NCBI RefSeq assembly: GCF_018977255.1
Contig: NW_024704742.1
Coordinates: 59,088,001-59,152,000 of the forward strand
Source of the DNA: Callorhinchus milii
Taxonomy: Eukaryota
DNA: 64,000 nucleotides
Direction of reading: 5' to 3'
The stretch's first letter is position 1; each line of letters starts with the position of its first letter. This document shows positions 35,965 to 48,300 of this stretch, in pieces. Under the pieces are notes generated by a model, which did no database searches, had not been told where the DNA came from, and saw only the letters and a list, made by a program, of their open reading frames with translations. The position numbers were made by a program, and so were the translations under genes.

Positions 35965-37446
35965 TTCAAGCTTTGCAAGTCAGACAATTCTGAATCTAAA
36001 CAAGTCATTCTGATGACAAGGCAAAAATCCCTTAACATCCCAGACAAATAGATGGAATCCAAAAGGTTGTTACTTACAGTACCAGGGGTGCATGGTCCTG
36101 ATAAGACTATTCCCCTGAAACAACAAAGAACCAGATATAAGTGTTCCTGTTCAGAACTTTGTCCATCAAGATACTTAACCTATAGATGTTGAAACATTAT
36201 TAAGGGGCTGGTTATTCCACTAAACAATAAAATGTCCATTCAACCATCCGATGGCTGATCAATTCAGAGCAAGGCTCCAGACATGTCAGTTTCCAAATTT
36301 TCTTCATAAATTTCAGCAGATGAGGGGGGAAATATCAACGAAATACAACTTTGCAAATTTGTGGTATTTCTTAACTCAATTCCTAAAGGAATCCAAGTAC
36401 ACAAATGAGAATTCCTTTTGGTAAAACTAAGCTGTGGGAATTTTGCTCTAATCCGAATTACTTCCTCAGTGGAACTCCTGAGGGGAATTCTAACAGGATT
36501 CCTTAATATGTTAAGGATTGCATTGCAAAAGACGCACATTTGACCTCACCATTATGAACCCGCTGAAGTTGATCTTGAGCTTGATTTAAAGATTTAGCAT
36601 CAAAACAAAATGAAAACTAATCTAATTTGCACTATAGGAGACTCTGGGAGATAGCTGTCAAATATCTACTCATTTAGGCCTATTAAATATGTCATTATAT
36701 TGAATAAAAGTTTCAAAACTTCTATTAAATCTCTGAAGGATAGGAATTAATTATCTGTTCATGGTATGCTAAACAGAAGTGTAACATTTCCTGTGTGTCA
36801 CATTCTCTTCCATTCAGCTCCATCTTCTCTGCATCCGGAGTTTGTGTCACTCCTTACTAGCTTAATTCACATTAAAATTAAGAATCATAAATTGAGTATG
36901 ATAACAAATATTTAAGGGGACAAATATAGACACTTTCCACTTAAGTCGCAGATTTGCAGACACTCGACAAGCAGCAATAATACTGAGATAAATCCAAGGA
37001 AGTTAAGAGAATATTCTGACTGTACACCACAATTAAAATTGGTATGATAATGTATTTTCATCACTATAAACTGAAGAGTATCCATGTATGCATAAATATA
37101 TATTTGAATGCATTTAGATGTTTTGCTGCTTTCTGTTTCTTTGACTGGTCATCTGACACTCATGGAAACCCACCTCCATATCTAAGAGAGTATAAACCAA
37201 ACAGAATTCCAAATATGAATCCCAGATACATATATGAAATGGAATTCACATTATTTTCTGTGAAACTCAGATTAGGGATGTATAATGCACTAACCATCTA
37301 CCCAGAATTCAATTGCAATTTATCCATTTGAGGAGATTTGTATCAATCAACAGAAAGCTGTGATATTTTAAAGGGAAAATTAACACAGCAACTTGGGTAA
37401 GGCACATGGAGTCACCAAAGCCCGAGGAAATGTACCCAGCATGAGT

Positions 37447-37631
37447 AATAATAAATAAATCCTTGCATTTGATTTAGTGTCTTATCACGTCTTTTAGACT
37501 TCTAAAAGCACTTCACAGAATATACTGTAAAGAGAATTGATTGTATATCTTGTGGGCCAAACACTGCAACTAACCGTGCACAGAGTGTCCCACAAAACAG
37601 TCATGGATTAATTGACCAAATTATTATTATT
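37447..37631 (-). mobile_element. SINE 3' half nested in the 3' end of an older SINE-like repeat
   Basis: (AAT)n CCTTGCATTTGAT...TGTCCCACAAAACAGTCATGG; the host sequence CCCAGCATGAGTA|GCAGTATTAAGGAAAGGAGAGG rejoins across it. Confidence 0.72.
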
Positions 37632-37684
37632 AGTAGCAGTATTAAGGAAAGGAGAGGAGAAAATTGGAAGAAGGATTAAAGAGC

Positions 37685-37816
37685 TTTGAATTTTCTAAAC
37701 CTAGTGTTTTTTTTGTTGAGAGCGGATTATGTGAGTAAAATGGGATGATACTGAGCATGCAGACTGATAAGTTTAATTGCAATGATGCGGCATACAGTAA
37801 TTACAGGACAACAGTC
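37685..37816. repeat. Unclassified ~130-bp dispersed repeat (inverted copy at 53536-53661)
   Basis: Shared blocks TTTGAATTTTCTAAAC, GATTATGTGAGT, ACTGAGCATGCAGACTGA, TTTAATTGCAATGATG.GGCATACAGT. Confidence 0.82.
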
Positions 37817-37889
37817 CTACAGAGTCTCCCAAGTCAGCAGAAAAAAGTAGCAGAATTTTGTACAAATTAGGTCCACTGTTCTTTTTGAA

Positions 37890-39405
37890 ATAATATAAAT
37901 GACTTGGACTTGAGTATAGAAAGCAAAATTTTAAAGTTTGCAGATGACACAAAACTTGGGATGTAGTAAACACCGAGAAGGATGGTAGCAGACTGCGGGC
38001 GGACATAGACAGACTGGTGAAATAGGCAGACACATGGCAGATGAAGTTTAATGTAGAGAAGTATGAGGTAAGGCATTTTGGGGGGAAAAAGTAGGAGAGG
38101 AAATATACACTAAATTGTAATGTTTTAAAGGGGGTACATTAGCAGCGAGACCTGAGGGTTCACATACACAAATCTTTGAAGATGGCAGGACAGGTTGATA
38201 GATCTGATAAAAAAAAGCATATGGGATCCTTGGTTTTAAAAATAGAGGCATAGAATATAAAAGCAAGCAAGTTCTGCTATCCCTCAAGGCTGGACTATGG
38301 GAACTCTCTCCTCGCCGGCCTTCCCGCCACCTCCCTCCACACTGCAGGTCATTCAGAACTCTGCAGCTCGTGCACTGTCCCGCACCAGGACCACATCACT
38401 CCCACCCTCGCTCGCCTCCACTGGCTCCCCATCCCAAATAGGATCGAATTCAAGATCCTCATCCTCACCTACAAGGCCATTCACGGCCTTGCTCCCTCCT
38501 ACCTCTCCGACCTACTATCCCCCTACCTACCTGCCCGTACCCTCCGTTCCTCTGGCTCCGGTCTGCTCCACATCCCCCGCCCCAACCGCCCTACCATCGG
38601 TGGCCGGGCCTTCAGCCTCTCAGCCCCGAGGCTCTGGAACTCCATCCCCCAGTGCCTTCGCCTTGACTCCTCCCTTTCCTCCTTCAAGGCCGGTCTCAAG
38701 ACCTTTCTCTTTGACTGTGCCTTCAGCTCCCCTCTCGACTCTCTACCCCCTCCTCGCTCCCTCCCTTCCCTCCCCTCACCCTGACCATTTCCCCCCTGCT
38801 CAGGTCCTGACCCAACTGTACAGCGCCTTGGGACGTCCTCCTGACGTGAAAGGCGCTCAATAAATGGAATCTTGTTGTTGTTGTTGTTGTTGAGGTCACT
38901 GGTTAGGCCTCAGCTGGAATATTGCGTCCAATTCTGGGCACCGCACTATAGGAAGGGTATCAGGAGGGATGAGGGACTTTAGTTATGTGGGGAGACTAGA
39001 GAAACTGGGATTATTCTCCTTAGAGCAGAGAAGGTTAAAGAAAAATTTAAGAGAGGTGTTCAAAATTATGATACAGTAGATAGGGAGAAACTGTTTCCAC
39101 TGATAGGTGGGTCGATAACCAGGGGACATAGATTTAACATAATTGGCAAAAGAACCAGAGGAGAGACGAGGAGAAATTTTTTTGCACAGTGAATTGTTGC
39201 GGTCTGGAATACCCTGCCTGAAAGAGTGGTGAAAACAGATTCAATAACAACTTTCAAAAGGAAATTGGACAGGTACTTGAAAAGGAAAAATTTGCAAGGA
39301 TATGGGGAAAGAGCGGGGGAGTGGGACTGATTTGACCAACTCTTCCAAAGACCCGGCACAGGCACATTGGGCCAAATGGCCTCCTTTTGTGCTGTAATAT
39401 TCTAT
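37890..39405 (+). mobile_element. CR1 LINE 3' portion (degenerate RT C-terminus and 3' UTR), interrupted by L2
   Basis: AAGTTTGCAGATGACACAAAACTTGGG (KFADDTKLG), WQMKFNVEK, SLVRPQLEYCVQFWAPHYRK, with stops and frameshifts; CR1 tail at 39365-39405. Confidence 0.88.
38282..38892 (+). mobile_element. Young 5'-truncated L2 copy nested in CR1
   Basis: Highly similar to 3549-4214 with two small deletions; same hairpin and (TTG)n tail. Confidence 0.92.
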
Positions 39406-39408
39406 GGT

Positions 39409-39712
39409 GGAGTCCTGTAGCTCAGTGATTAGAGCACTCGCTTTGCAAACTAGAGACCTGGGTTTGATTCTCAGCAGGGTGAAACCTTGGGAAAGTTTCC
39501 TTATTCCACACGCCTGATAATAACCCCTCAAAAAAAAGTAATAAATTGATCATTTCAGTCCTGTTTGTGGGATATTGCTGTGCGCAATTGGCTGCCGCAT
39601 TTTTCCCACAAATATACAGTCAATTCATTTTACAGTCTATTATGTGAAGTGCTTTGAGACATCTAGAAGATGTGAAAAGCGCTATATCAAACGTAAGGAT
39701 TATTATTATTAT
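39409..39712 (+). mobile_element. Full-length tRNA(Ala-like)-head SINE, short variant
   Basis: GGAGTCCTGTAGCTCAGTGATTAGAGCACTCGCTTTGCAAAC..GGTTTGATTC head, Deu-type tail, (ATT)n. Confidence 0.85.
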
Positions 39713-41199
39713 GATTCTAAATATCTATTAGAGCCATGGGCTTACTCAATAAAAGTAATGTTCAGCTGTTAAATTAGTAAATTCAACCAAGTGACAAGTG
39801 TGCCGCAAGCTGACTGGTTACCATTACTTTCATATTTAATTGTTTAGCTGTCTCTTAGGATAAAAAAGTATGAGACGTTAAGTCCCTAAAACCTTGTAGC
39901 TATGTCATATTACTTGTCTTAAAAAAAGGGAAAAATTCTGCGCTCTCAGTTGTGAAGGTGTGTAGTCTACCGTTTGACTGATCGGAAAAAGATCTGATGC
40001 TTGTACCTTTCAGGAATTTAGAAGTTCATCTCTTAAAAAATAACACAAATTTATTTCTCATGCTCTCCTTTTTGGCTGCACAGTCTCATACTGGTAACAA
40101 AGTAGTCAATGGAGTCACTCTATTTCTGTGTTATTTGCGAGCACTATAGTGCACTTGGATTAGTATGCATTTGTAATGCAAAGTATCTCAGGAACTTGAT
40201 ACAGAAAAGATGCTTTTTCAAATCTCCAAGTCTTGTTATCCATTCTCTATTTCGAGCCTGCCATTGTGTGAAACATTGAATAACAACCCATCTCCATGGA
40301 GATAGAAGCAGTGATTATGCTGCATTATAATCCTGTACTGCATTTGGAAAACTGCAGGGAAATCTTAAACAAAAAATTTAGTTGTAAACTGCGTTTACTC
40401 AGCTTTCTATAGTTTCAATGTCATAAAATAAATCTTTTGAGTACTGAATGATCCTGGTAGCTTAATTCTCAGCACATTTTTTTTCTTTCCCTCTCTAAAT
40501 TGCTCCCTCCGCTCCTGAACTGCCAGCTCTAGGAACAAGAAACAAAATGGTGAGTCAGAACAAGCTTCAAATTAACTAGTGAATCAGTGGTGAAGGAGGG
40601 GAGGAAGAGAAGTGAAGAGGAGGTTACATTTTTAGCCAGTCTTCAAATATAAATAATAATTCTATTATATTTATTAATGATTATTAATTATAATAATAGA
40701 TTTATTAATCCACACTTGTTCACCAGTGGAGGAATAAATTATATTATAAATTGTAAAACCACTGTAATTTTGAAAATGCAGACTTTGCTGTTAATTATAG
40801 AGTGCACATGCTTATTTGTGAACTTTGGTTACCGCTAAAATATAAGCGTTAGATGTGTTGTCAAACAATGGTAAACTAATTTGACAGTGGCAACTGAAAA
40901 ACTTCCAATGAATAGCAAATAAAATTATGAAATGATTAAGGGCAAAAAGGAGTGAAGCAGTATATTAAACGTATATCTATCAGAGTCTGTCTCCGTTGTA
41001 TAAAACTGATATGATCATTTATTTCAGGACAATGCTCATGCCCTACGCTGCATGTTCTATCAGTAACATAAGTGCAATACTGTAAATTGGGAAATTTAAG
41101 TTAGCAGGACCTCATCCTGTGGTCCATTGGCCTAACCAGAAATCTGAGTGGAGACTAATTATGCAACTGGACGTACCTCTGAATACAAACAGTGGTAAG

Positions 41200-41450
41200 C
41201 CTGGCACACTTGGTAGCACTCTCATCTTTGCTTCTGAAGATTAGGGGCTCAAGCCTTACGTCAGAGCTTGAACTCATAAAGTCTATGTTGACACTCCAAT
41301 GCAACGTAGGGGGTCTGCTGCATTGCTGGATGTAGCGTACTTTGATGAGACATTAAATCTGAGGTTCTTTCTGTCTGTTCAGATGGATATTTGGAATCCC
41401 GTGGCACTATCAGAAAAGTGAAGGGAGTTTCTGCTGGTGTCCTGGCTGGA
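41200..41450 (+). mobile_element. DeuSINE-like SINE, 5' part
   Basis: TTGGTAGCACTCTCATC head, TGATGAGACATTAAATCTGAGG..TGTTCAGATGGAT Deu domain. Confidence 0.7.
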
Positions 41451-41459
41451 CACTCTAAC

Positions 41460-41800
41460 TGGGGATGGAAGCTAAAGGGAGGAAGGAGGGCATAGATGAC
41501 CGAATGTGCAGTGAAAGAGGTATTTCCTGAGACAGACCTTGAATGGGATAGGGATGGAGTAAGTTGCAGAGCATCAGAGATAAAATTCCAGAGAGTGGAG
41601 GCAGAATGGTTGAAAAACCACCCTCTAATGGTGGGATGGATAGATCAAGGGATATAAATCAGGTCAGTATCCAGTGAGCAAAGGGAGGAGTGGCTGGGTT
41701 GGTAGGGTTGAAGGAGGTCACGGAGGTACGATGAATCAGGTCCATGGAGGGGGAGGTGAGAAGTAAGTGAGAGGAGTGAGGGATGTGGGATTTTAGGGGA
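41460..41800 (-). mobile_element. Degenerate L2 3' fragment
   Basis: Minus translation LHGPDSSYLRDLLQPYQPS..SL.S (L2 C-terminal motif). Confidence 0.7.
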
Positions 41801-42413
41801 GAGGGTAGCTCGGGTCAAGGGTGGCAGCCAAAAATGTACATGCTGAGTCAAGGAGCAAGGAACCAACATAATAGGTTCAGGTCTTTTGACATCGAATGGA
41901 CAAGTACGGGAGGATGTCAAACAGTGAAAGAGCATTTGAAGTAGCCCTCATAATTTAAATGTATTTATTAATTGGGAAAAGCTTTAATTAATATAAGTAG
42001 CTGTAAGTGGTTACTTGGGTTTAGTGAGGTATAAGTTGTAAATAAAAAAATACTTTGTCTGTATCTTGTGCATCCCATGCAGGGAGGCCCATATATGTGG
42101 TGACAATGTGGGAGACCGAGGTAATCACAGCTTGGAGAAGAGTTCTTGCAAGTCAATGTGACATCCATGGGGCTCTCTGCATGAAATGCACTTTGCATCT
42201 GAGGTGTTTTGATTCACTCAGCGGTTTTCCCATTCAAGCACTTTTTCAAACCTTCGTGTCTATCAGTGTGCAGAATACCACCGAGACGCCCAAGGAGTTG
42301 AAAGATTACAAATGAAGACTGCTTCCTCACAACAATTCTGATCGTACATAACAGCAACAGCAACTTGCATTTATATAGCCCCTTCATGCCTGATGGCATC
42401 TTGGAGTGCTTTA

Positions 42414-44129
42414 CATACAATACAAAATTACATTTGTAAAGCGCCTTTCATGTCGGGAGGACATCCCAAGGCACTGAACAGTCAAGGATTGGGACCCGAG
42501 CGGGGGGTGGGTGGGGGGAATAAGGAGGGGTGGAGGGCAGAGAAGGTAGGAGGGTGGCTGAAGGCACAGTCGAAGAGGAGGGTCTAGAAGCATGCCTTGA
42601 GGGAGGCAAGGGAGGGAATGTGGGATGGAGTTCCAAGTGTGGGGGCAGAGAGGCTGAAGGCCCAACCACTGATGGCGGGGTGGGCCAGGCAGCGGACATG
42701 GAGCAGGCTCCTGCTGAGCGGAGGGAGCAGTCAGGTTGATAAGGGGTTAGCAGGTCAGAGAGATAGGAGGCAGCAAGGCCATGGAGGGCCTTGAAGGTGA
42801 GAACGAGAATTTTGAATTCAATCCTCTGAGGGATATGGAGCCAGTGGAGCTGAGTGAGGGTGGGTGTGATCAGTTCATGGAGCCTGGTGCGGGAGAGGAC
42901 ACGAGCTGCAGAGTTCTGGATGATCTGCAGCTTTTTGAGGGAAGAATTGGGAAGGTCAACAAGCAGGGCATTGGCATAGTCGAGCTTGGTTGTAATGAAG
43001 GCATGCATGAGGATTTTGGTGGCCTGAGAGGTGAGGTAATGGTGGAGTTGGGCAATGTTGTGGAGGTGGGGGAAGGCAGAGTGGGTCATGGCATGGATGA
43101 GGGGGAGAAAGGACAGTTGAGGGTCGAACAAAATTCCTAGGTTCCTAACTGGCTTGGTGAGGTGGAGTGTGCATCCTTGGATGCTGATGCTGCAATTGCT
43201 TGAGGTGCAGAGGCCAATCAGGAGAGCTTCAGTCTGTAGAAAGTTGGCTCTCATCCAGGACTTGATTTCTGACGGATAGTCTTTCACGACATCAATGGTC
43301 CTGGGATCGAGGGTGGAGGCAGAGTTTGGGGTCATCCGCATACATGTGGAAGTTGACCCCAAGTCCGCAGATAATGTCATCAAGAGGGAGCATGTACAGG
43401 TTGAAAAGGAGAGGACTGAAGAAAGAGCCCTGAGGAACATTGCATGAGATGGTGTGGGGGCTGGAGGAGAAGCCATTTGTGGAGACAAAATAGAGCTGGT
43501 GTGACAGATAGGCTCTGATCCATTCAAGGGCAGAACCTTGAAGGTTAAGGTGAGAGGAGAGGCGGTGGAGGATGATAGGATGGTCCACAGTGTCAAAGGC
43601 AGCAGAGAGATCGAGGAGGATGAGGAGACAGAGGGAGCCTTGGTCACAGATAGATAGAATGCCATTTGTCAACTTGACCAGGGCTGATTCTGTGGTTGGA
43701 GGTGGAGTTGTAGTTAATGAACAGAGATGGGTCCAGGAATGTCTTTTTTTAGGATAGGAGTGATGACAGCTGTTTTTAGTGGGGTGGGAATGCTGTCAGT
43801 TGACAGAGAGAGGTTGATGAGGTCTGAGAGTAAAAGGGCAGGGGCCGGAGTGTGAGGGAGAGATGTGGTGGGTGGGTCAGTTGGGAGGGAAAGGTAGCTG
43901 AACGGATCCCCTCAATTTTGGTCTCAAGGAAGTCCAGCATCGCCTCGCAGTTGGAGTTGGAGGAGAGGATGGGCGAGGCGTGAGAGGGTGGGTGGAGGTG
44001 CCGGTTGTGGTGGGAAAGAGAAGCCTTGGGTTGTCCTTGGCCTCCAAGATTACCTTGGAATAAAAGGACGATTTAGTGGAAGGCGACGGTGGACTGGTAC
44101 GTTTTTATGTGGTCCAGCCAGATCTGCCG
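42414..44129 (-). mobile_element. Degenerate L2 LINE (RT pseudogene with frameshifts and deletions)
   Basis: Overlapping minus ORFs give [34 protein letters not shown] and LHWLHIPQRIEFK; the 5' end matches ~2127-2170 of the young copy; tail at 42414-42480. Confidence 0.9.
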
Positions 44130-44139
44130 TTACAATGAC

Positions 44140-44400
44140 TGATACAACTTTAAAACAGGCCATTCAGCCCAACTAGTCTGTGCTTATACTCCACACAAGC
44201 CTCCAACCCTTCTTTTCCCCTCTCACTTACCCCTCTGTTCCCTCTCCATCATGTAGTCATCAAGCTTCATCTAAAATACACTGATGCTTTGCTTTAATCA
44301 CAGCTTCCAGGAGTAACACAAGTGAGTTGCACATTCTCACCACTTTCTGCGTGAAGAAGTTTCTCCTAAACTCCCTTTTGGATTGACTACTGATGATAAT
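44140..44400 (-). mobile_element. CR1 3' fragment
   Basis: ACAGGCCATTCAGCCC...CACACAAGCCTCC...CACATTCTCACCACTTTCTGCGTGAAGAAG; colinear with 34860-35085. Confidence 0.7.
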
Positions 44401-44907
44401 TTATTTAAACAAAAAAACTTTAAATAAGAGGCGATATTGATCAAACGGTCTGTAAGTTATCTATCTCTGGAACATCTTTGTTAATTGATTTCTTGTTTTG
44501 GAATTCCCACAGAACTTTCTCCTTGTATCAGTCACAGCTGTCCAAAGAATCAACAATATATGCATTCATGTTTATAAAATACTTTTTATCTGTTGAGGAC
44601 TTTTGTTTCAGTTCTACACTGGTGAACAATATACATCTCCTACATTTTAACTGATTCAAAAAAGATAGCAAATTGACAAATATTCTGTGGTTCCTTCCAT
44701 ATCTACGATCAATTCTACTGTCACATCATCATTGGGAGTTCTAGAAAATTATGTTCCAGATATAGACAACTTATAACAACAAAAACTTGCATTATATAGT
44801 GAACTCCATGCAGGGTAGCATCTCAGAGCGCTTAACATTGGTGGAGCCTGATTCCGAACCAGGGGCTTACGGACCAATTGATCAATATTGCTTCTCATTT
44901 GATGTTC

Positions 44908-45310
44908 ACGCACTCTTGTCTCCAAGTCAAAAGGTTGTGGGTTCAACCCACACATCATAGAAATTTGAGCTCACAGTTTAGCTTGACAATCTGATGCAGT
45001 GCTTGGGGAGTGCTGCATTGTTGAAGGTGCCATCCTTTGAATGGAACATTAAACTGAGGTCTTGTCTACCTGTTCAGATGGATGTTGAAGATCCCATTGC
45101 ACTGTTTAAAAAGAGAAAGGGCATTTCTCCTGGAGTTCTGGCCAACACTACCCCAGATTAAAAATAATTGGTTGTTGACTTCATCACTTTTTTTGATGTA
45201 CATTGCTGTATGCAAATTAGCTGCTTCATAACCACCAAATGCACAGTCACTGTGCTTCACAGAAAACGGTGAAATCATTGATAATGTGCTATATGAAATC
45301 AAGGATTAGA
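44908..45310 (+). mobile_element. DeuSINE-like SINE, near full length
   Basis: AAGGTTGTGGGTTCAACCC head, GGTGCCATCCTTTGAATG..TTAAACTGAGG..CAGATGGATGTTGAAGATCCCA Deu domain, and tail. Confidence 0.78.
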
Positions 45311-48300
45311 ATGATTAATTACTAGTATTGTCACCAGAGGCTATGGAGTACCCCAGGGTGTAATTGTGAACAGCTGATATAAAACTCTACCTTGTAAATG
45401 TGTTTAAAACAAAGATTAGAAGATAGAAAACATTAGTGTCTATCAAATGGGAGAATGTCCCAAGGTGCTTAACAGTCTTGGCACCCAAGCTAGGAGTGAA
45501 AGCCGAGGGAATGGGGTGTTGAGGGTAAAGATGACTGAAGGTGCAGTCAAAGAGATAGGTCCTGAAACAGATTATTTACTGGGGTAGATGGACAGATTCA
45601 TAAGCATTGCTGAATCAAACTTAATTATCAACCTGGCTGAGTTAGCCCCCACTTTGCCTGCGGTGTCCTGGCCATCAATCTCCACGATAAAATTGATCAT
45701 CACTTCATGGCTGTGTACACATTAAGTGCCATTTTTCACCTACAAAATACACAATCACTACACTTTACAGTAAATCCTGACAAATGTTTTTGTTTCTGTA
45801 AATTGCCAATTCCAAACGTATCGACAATTATTGAATAGCTGTGGGTATGAAGTCCTCTCCTTGCCTTTGGAGAAATGGTTGGGCCCAAAAGCAGCTCTAT
45901 TCTCTGGACCATTAGAGTTGTCTGTGGAGAGTGGCATCTGAGTGTAGGTTACTGGTTTCACGTCAAATTTTCTTATGTCCATGAAACGATGCTCAAACCC
46001 AGGCTGCAACTCCAATGACAGCTGCAGAAATTTCAAAATGGGTTTGGATGCAACCGTTGAGAAGATGTCAGGGTAGGATAGGGTAGTTTGGTTTAATTGT
46101 CAACTGGTTTTGCCACACTTTTTGGTGATGGATCACTGATGATGAAGGGTGAAGGGGTCAAGGAACACAAAGCAGCCCAGAGTTTAGGGGACAAGAAAGC
46201 TGGAGGTGGTCAGAGGTTGGGAGGAACAAGAGCTGGGTAACAGGCAGTGGGGCTTTGCGAGGACAGGAGAGATGGGCTTGCGAAGCTTCATGCAGGTAAG
46301 GATACAAGTGGCTGAATTTTTTATGCAAAATCAAGACCAATTGAGTTATTTTAATATATTGCACAAGACATTGGAGAAAGCAATTCAGAGGCTGTGCAAA
46401 AAATATTGTTCTTCTACTTTGCAAGTAGGCAAAGATGGAATTTTTCTCCAGACCATCCACAAATACAGGGTACTGGCCCCATGTTGTCACACTGCTTATT
46501 ATTTGTTTGTATTTTTTCTGCGGAATAAATAAATGATGTGGTCTTGTGATCTTATTTTAAAATCAATTGAAGTGTAGCACATTTCTTTTGAAAGATAGAT
46601 TGTTGTTTCCACACCTCCCTGTCTCTGTAGACATTTTGATTTTGTGAGCAGTGTTCTGAATTTCATACTTTTAAAGTTATTTCTTATATATATCCTAGGT
46701 CAAAGCTTCTATAAATTATTTATAGCTGATGCACATCAATGTAGGAAATAAAAGTAAAATCCCAAAATACATAATTCATTGTATTACAAGCAAACGGTTG
46801 TCTGCTTGGAAAAATACTAAATAAAATCTTATTTAAGTGACAACTGGGTTCTCATACTAAACTTCTATAGGATTGTTTTCAAAGAACTATTGCATTATTA
46901 ATGCATATTTTACCTGCCCAAGGCAAGTCAGAACATAAATGCTTTCATTTAAATTAACTGTTCTTATACAATATGTACTGCATTATCTAATCGTTCTTTG
47001 TGTCAAGATTTGCTGGATTTTATTGTTTTTCCATCTCTGTGTCGGAAAAGGCAAAGTGAAGTGGCATTCATTGGAATGAAGCACAGCGCATCAAATTAAT
47101 TTCCTTTAAGCCTTTCTGTGGCAAAATGATATAAAACAAAAATAAAGTAATACAGTAAAGAAAGAGCTGTCTCTCAGGAAAATGTTTGTCACAAATGTTA
47201 CTTCAATCCTCCAAATGTGTTTCACGCTGTAACACATTGTAATCCAACCATATACCTGATGATGAGTCCTTCAATCAACTGAATAGAAGATGTTCACAAA
47301 TGTTTACTGCCAAATGTGAACAGAGACTTCCTAACAGGAGACTTCAATTTGTTCATTAATCAGAACACACTAATCTTGTCATTCAGTGTAATCTTTGTGA
47401 GATGCAAGGAGTGCAGTATCTGTTTCGCTGTAAGAATCACTTCTCCTGTATGCAAGTGAACACTAACCTCTGGAGAAGGTCAGCAGGACTTCACCATTAA
47501 TCATTAAGGATGAAATCCATATAACATTTTCTTAGACAAGAGTATATTTAGGATAAAAAAACTGTTCACACCAAATAAAAGATGTCAAGCAGCTACCTGT
47601 TAAATTTAGTGATTGAACATTAATTTAATTATATTTTACTCAATGCTGTTGGAAACTGCAATAAACTACAAATACATTTAAACTTTTAAATAGGAGGAAT
47701 TTAAAACAAGATATTCACAACAAGAAGTCGCAAAGAGCCAGCTGCATGTTATGACGACGGATGAGAACTGCACTCTGATGCACACGGAAATAGATGATGA
47801 GACCATGCTGAAGCTCAGCTCAATCGCTTGAGGCACATCTGGTTTCCTGGCATGAGTCTCTGTTTGAGGCTTATCCATTACCAATATCATTGCTTCGACT
47901 CCATTGTCACTTGTGCACAATCCATCTTGGATGTTGTTACAATTCTCCTGCCTGTTTGTGGCCCTTCAGACCATGTATCGTTTACACATTTCACTGCCCT
48001 CTGTTCCGTGCCACCAGTCACTGCCAGTCACAGACCCAAACACAGTGCCACAGTGCCATTTTGAAACATGCTCAGAATACTATTCTGACTTCAACCAAAA
48101 ATACCTTAACACTCCTGACCATAATCCAATTTTCAAGATACATTTTGGTGAATAACATTCTTTGATAATAATCTTTAAAATGATTAAACATGGCTGTTTG
48201 ATGTATAAGGTTTAATAGAAGATACATATTTTGTTTGAGACTGTTTTCAAAGATCTACAAATTAATTTAACATTAGTTCAGACACCAAAGATACTAGGTA

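Noticed and set aside
35572..36013. ORFs with MDGW, LAGW or PSIH repeats
   Set aside because: Tetranucleotide microsatellite translation.
45758..46036. 92-aa minus-strand ORF with a TTTCTGCAG acceptor
   Set aside because: No recognisable homology or canonical donor; the ends overlap SINE and CR1-like remnants.
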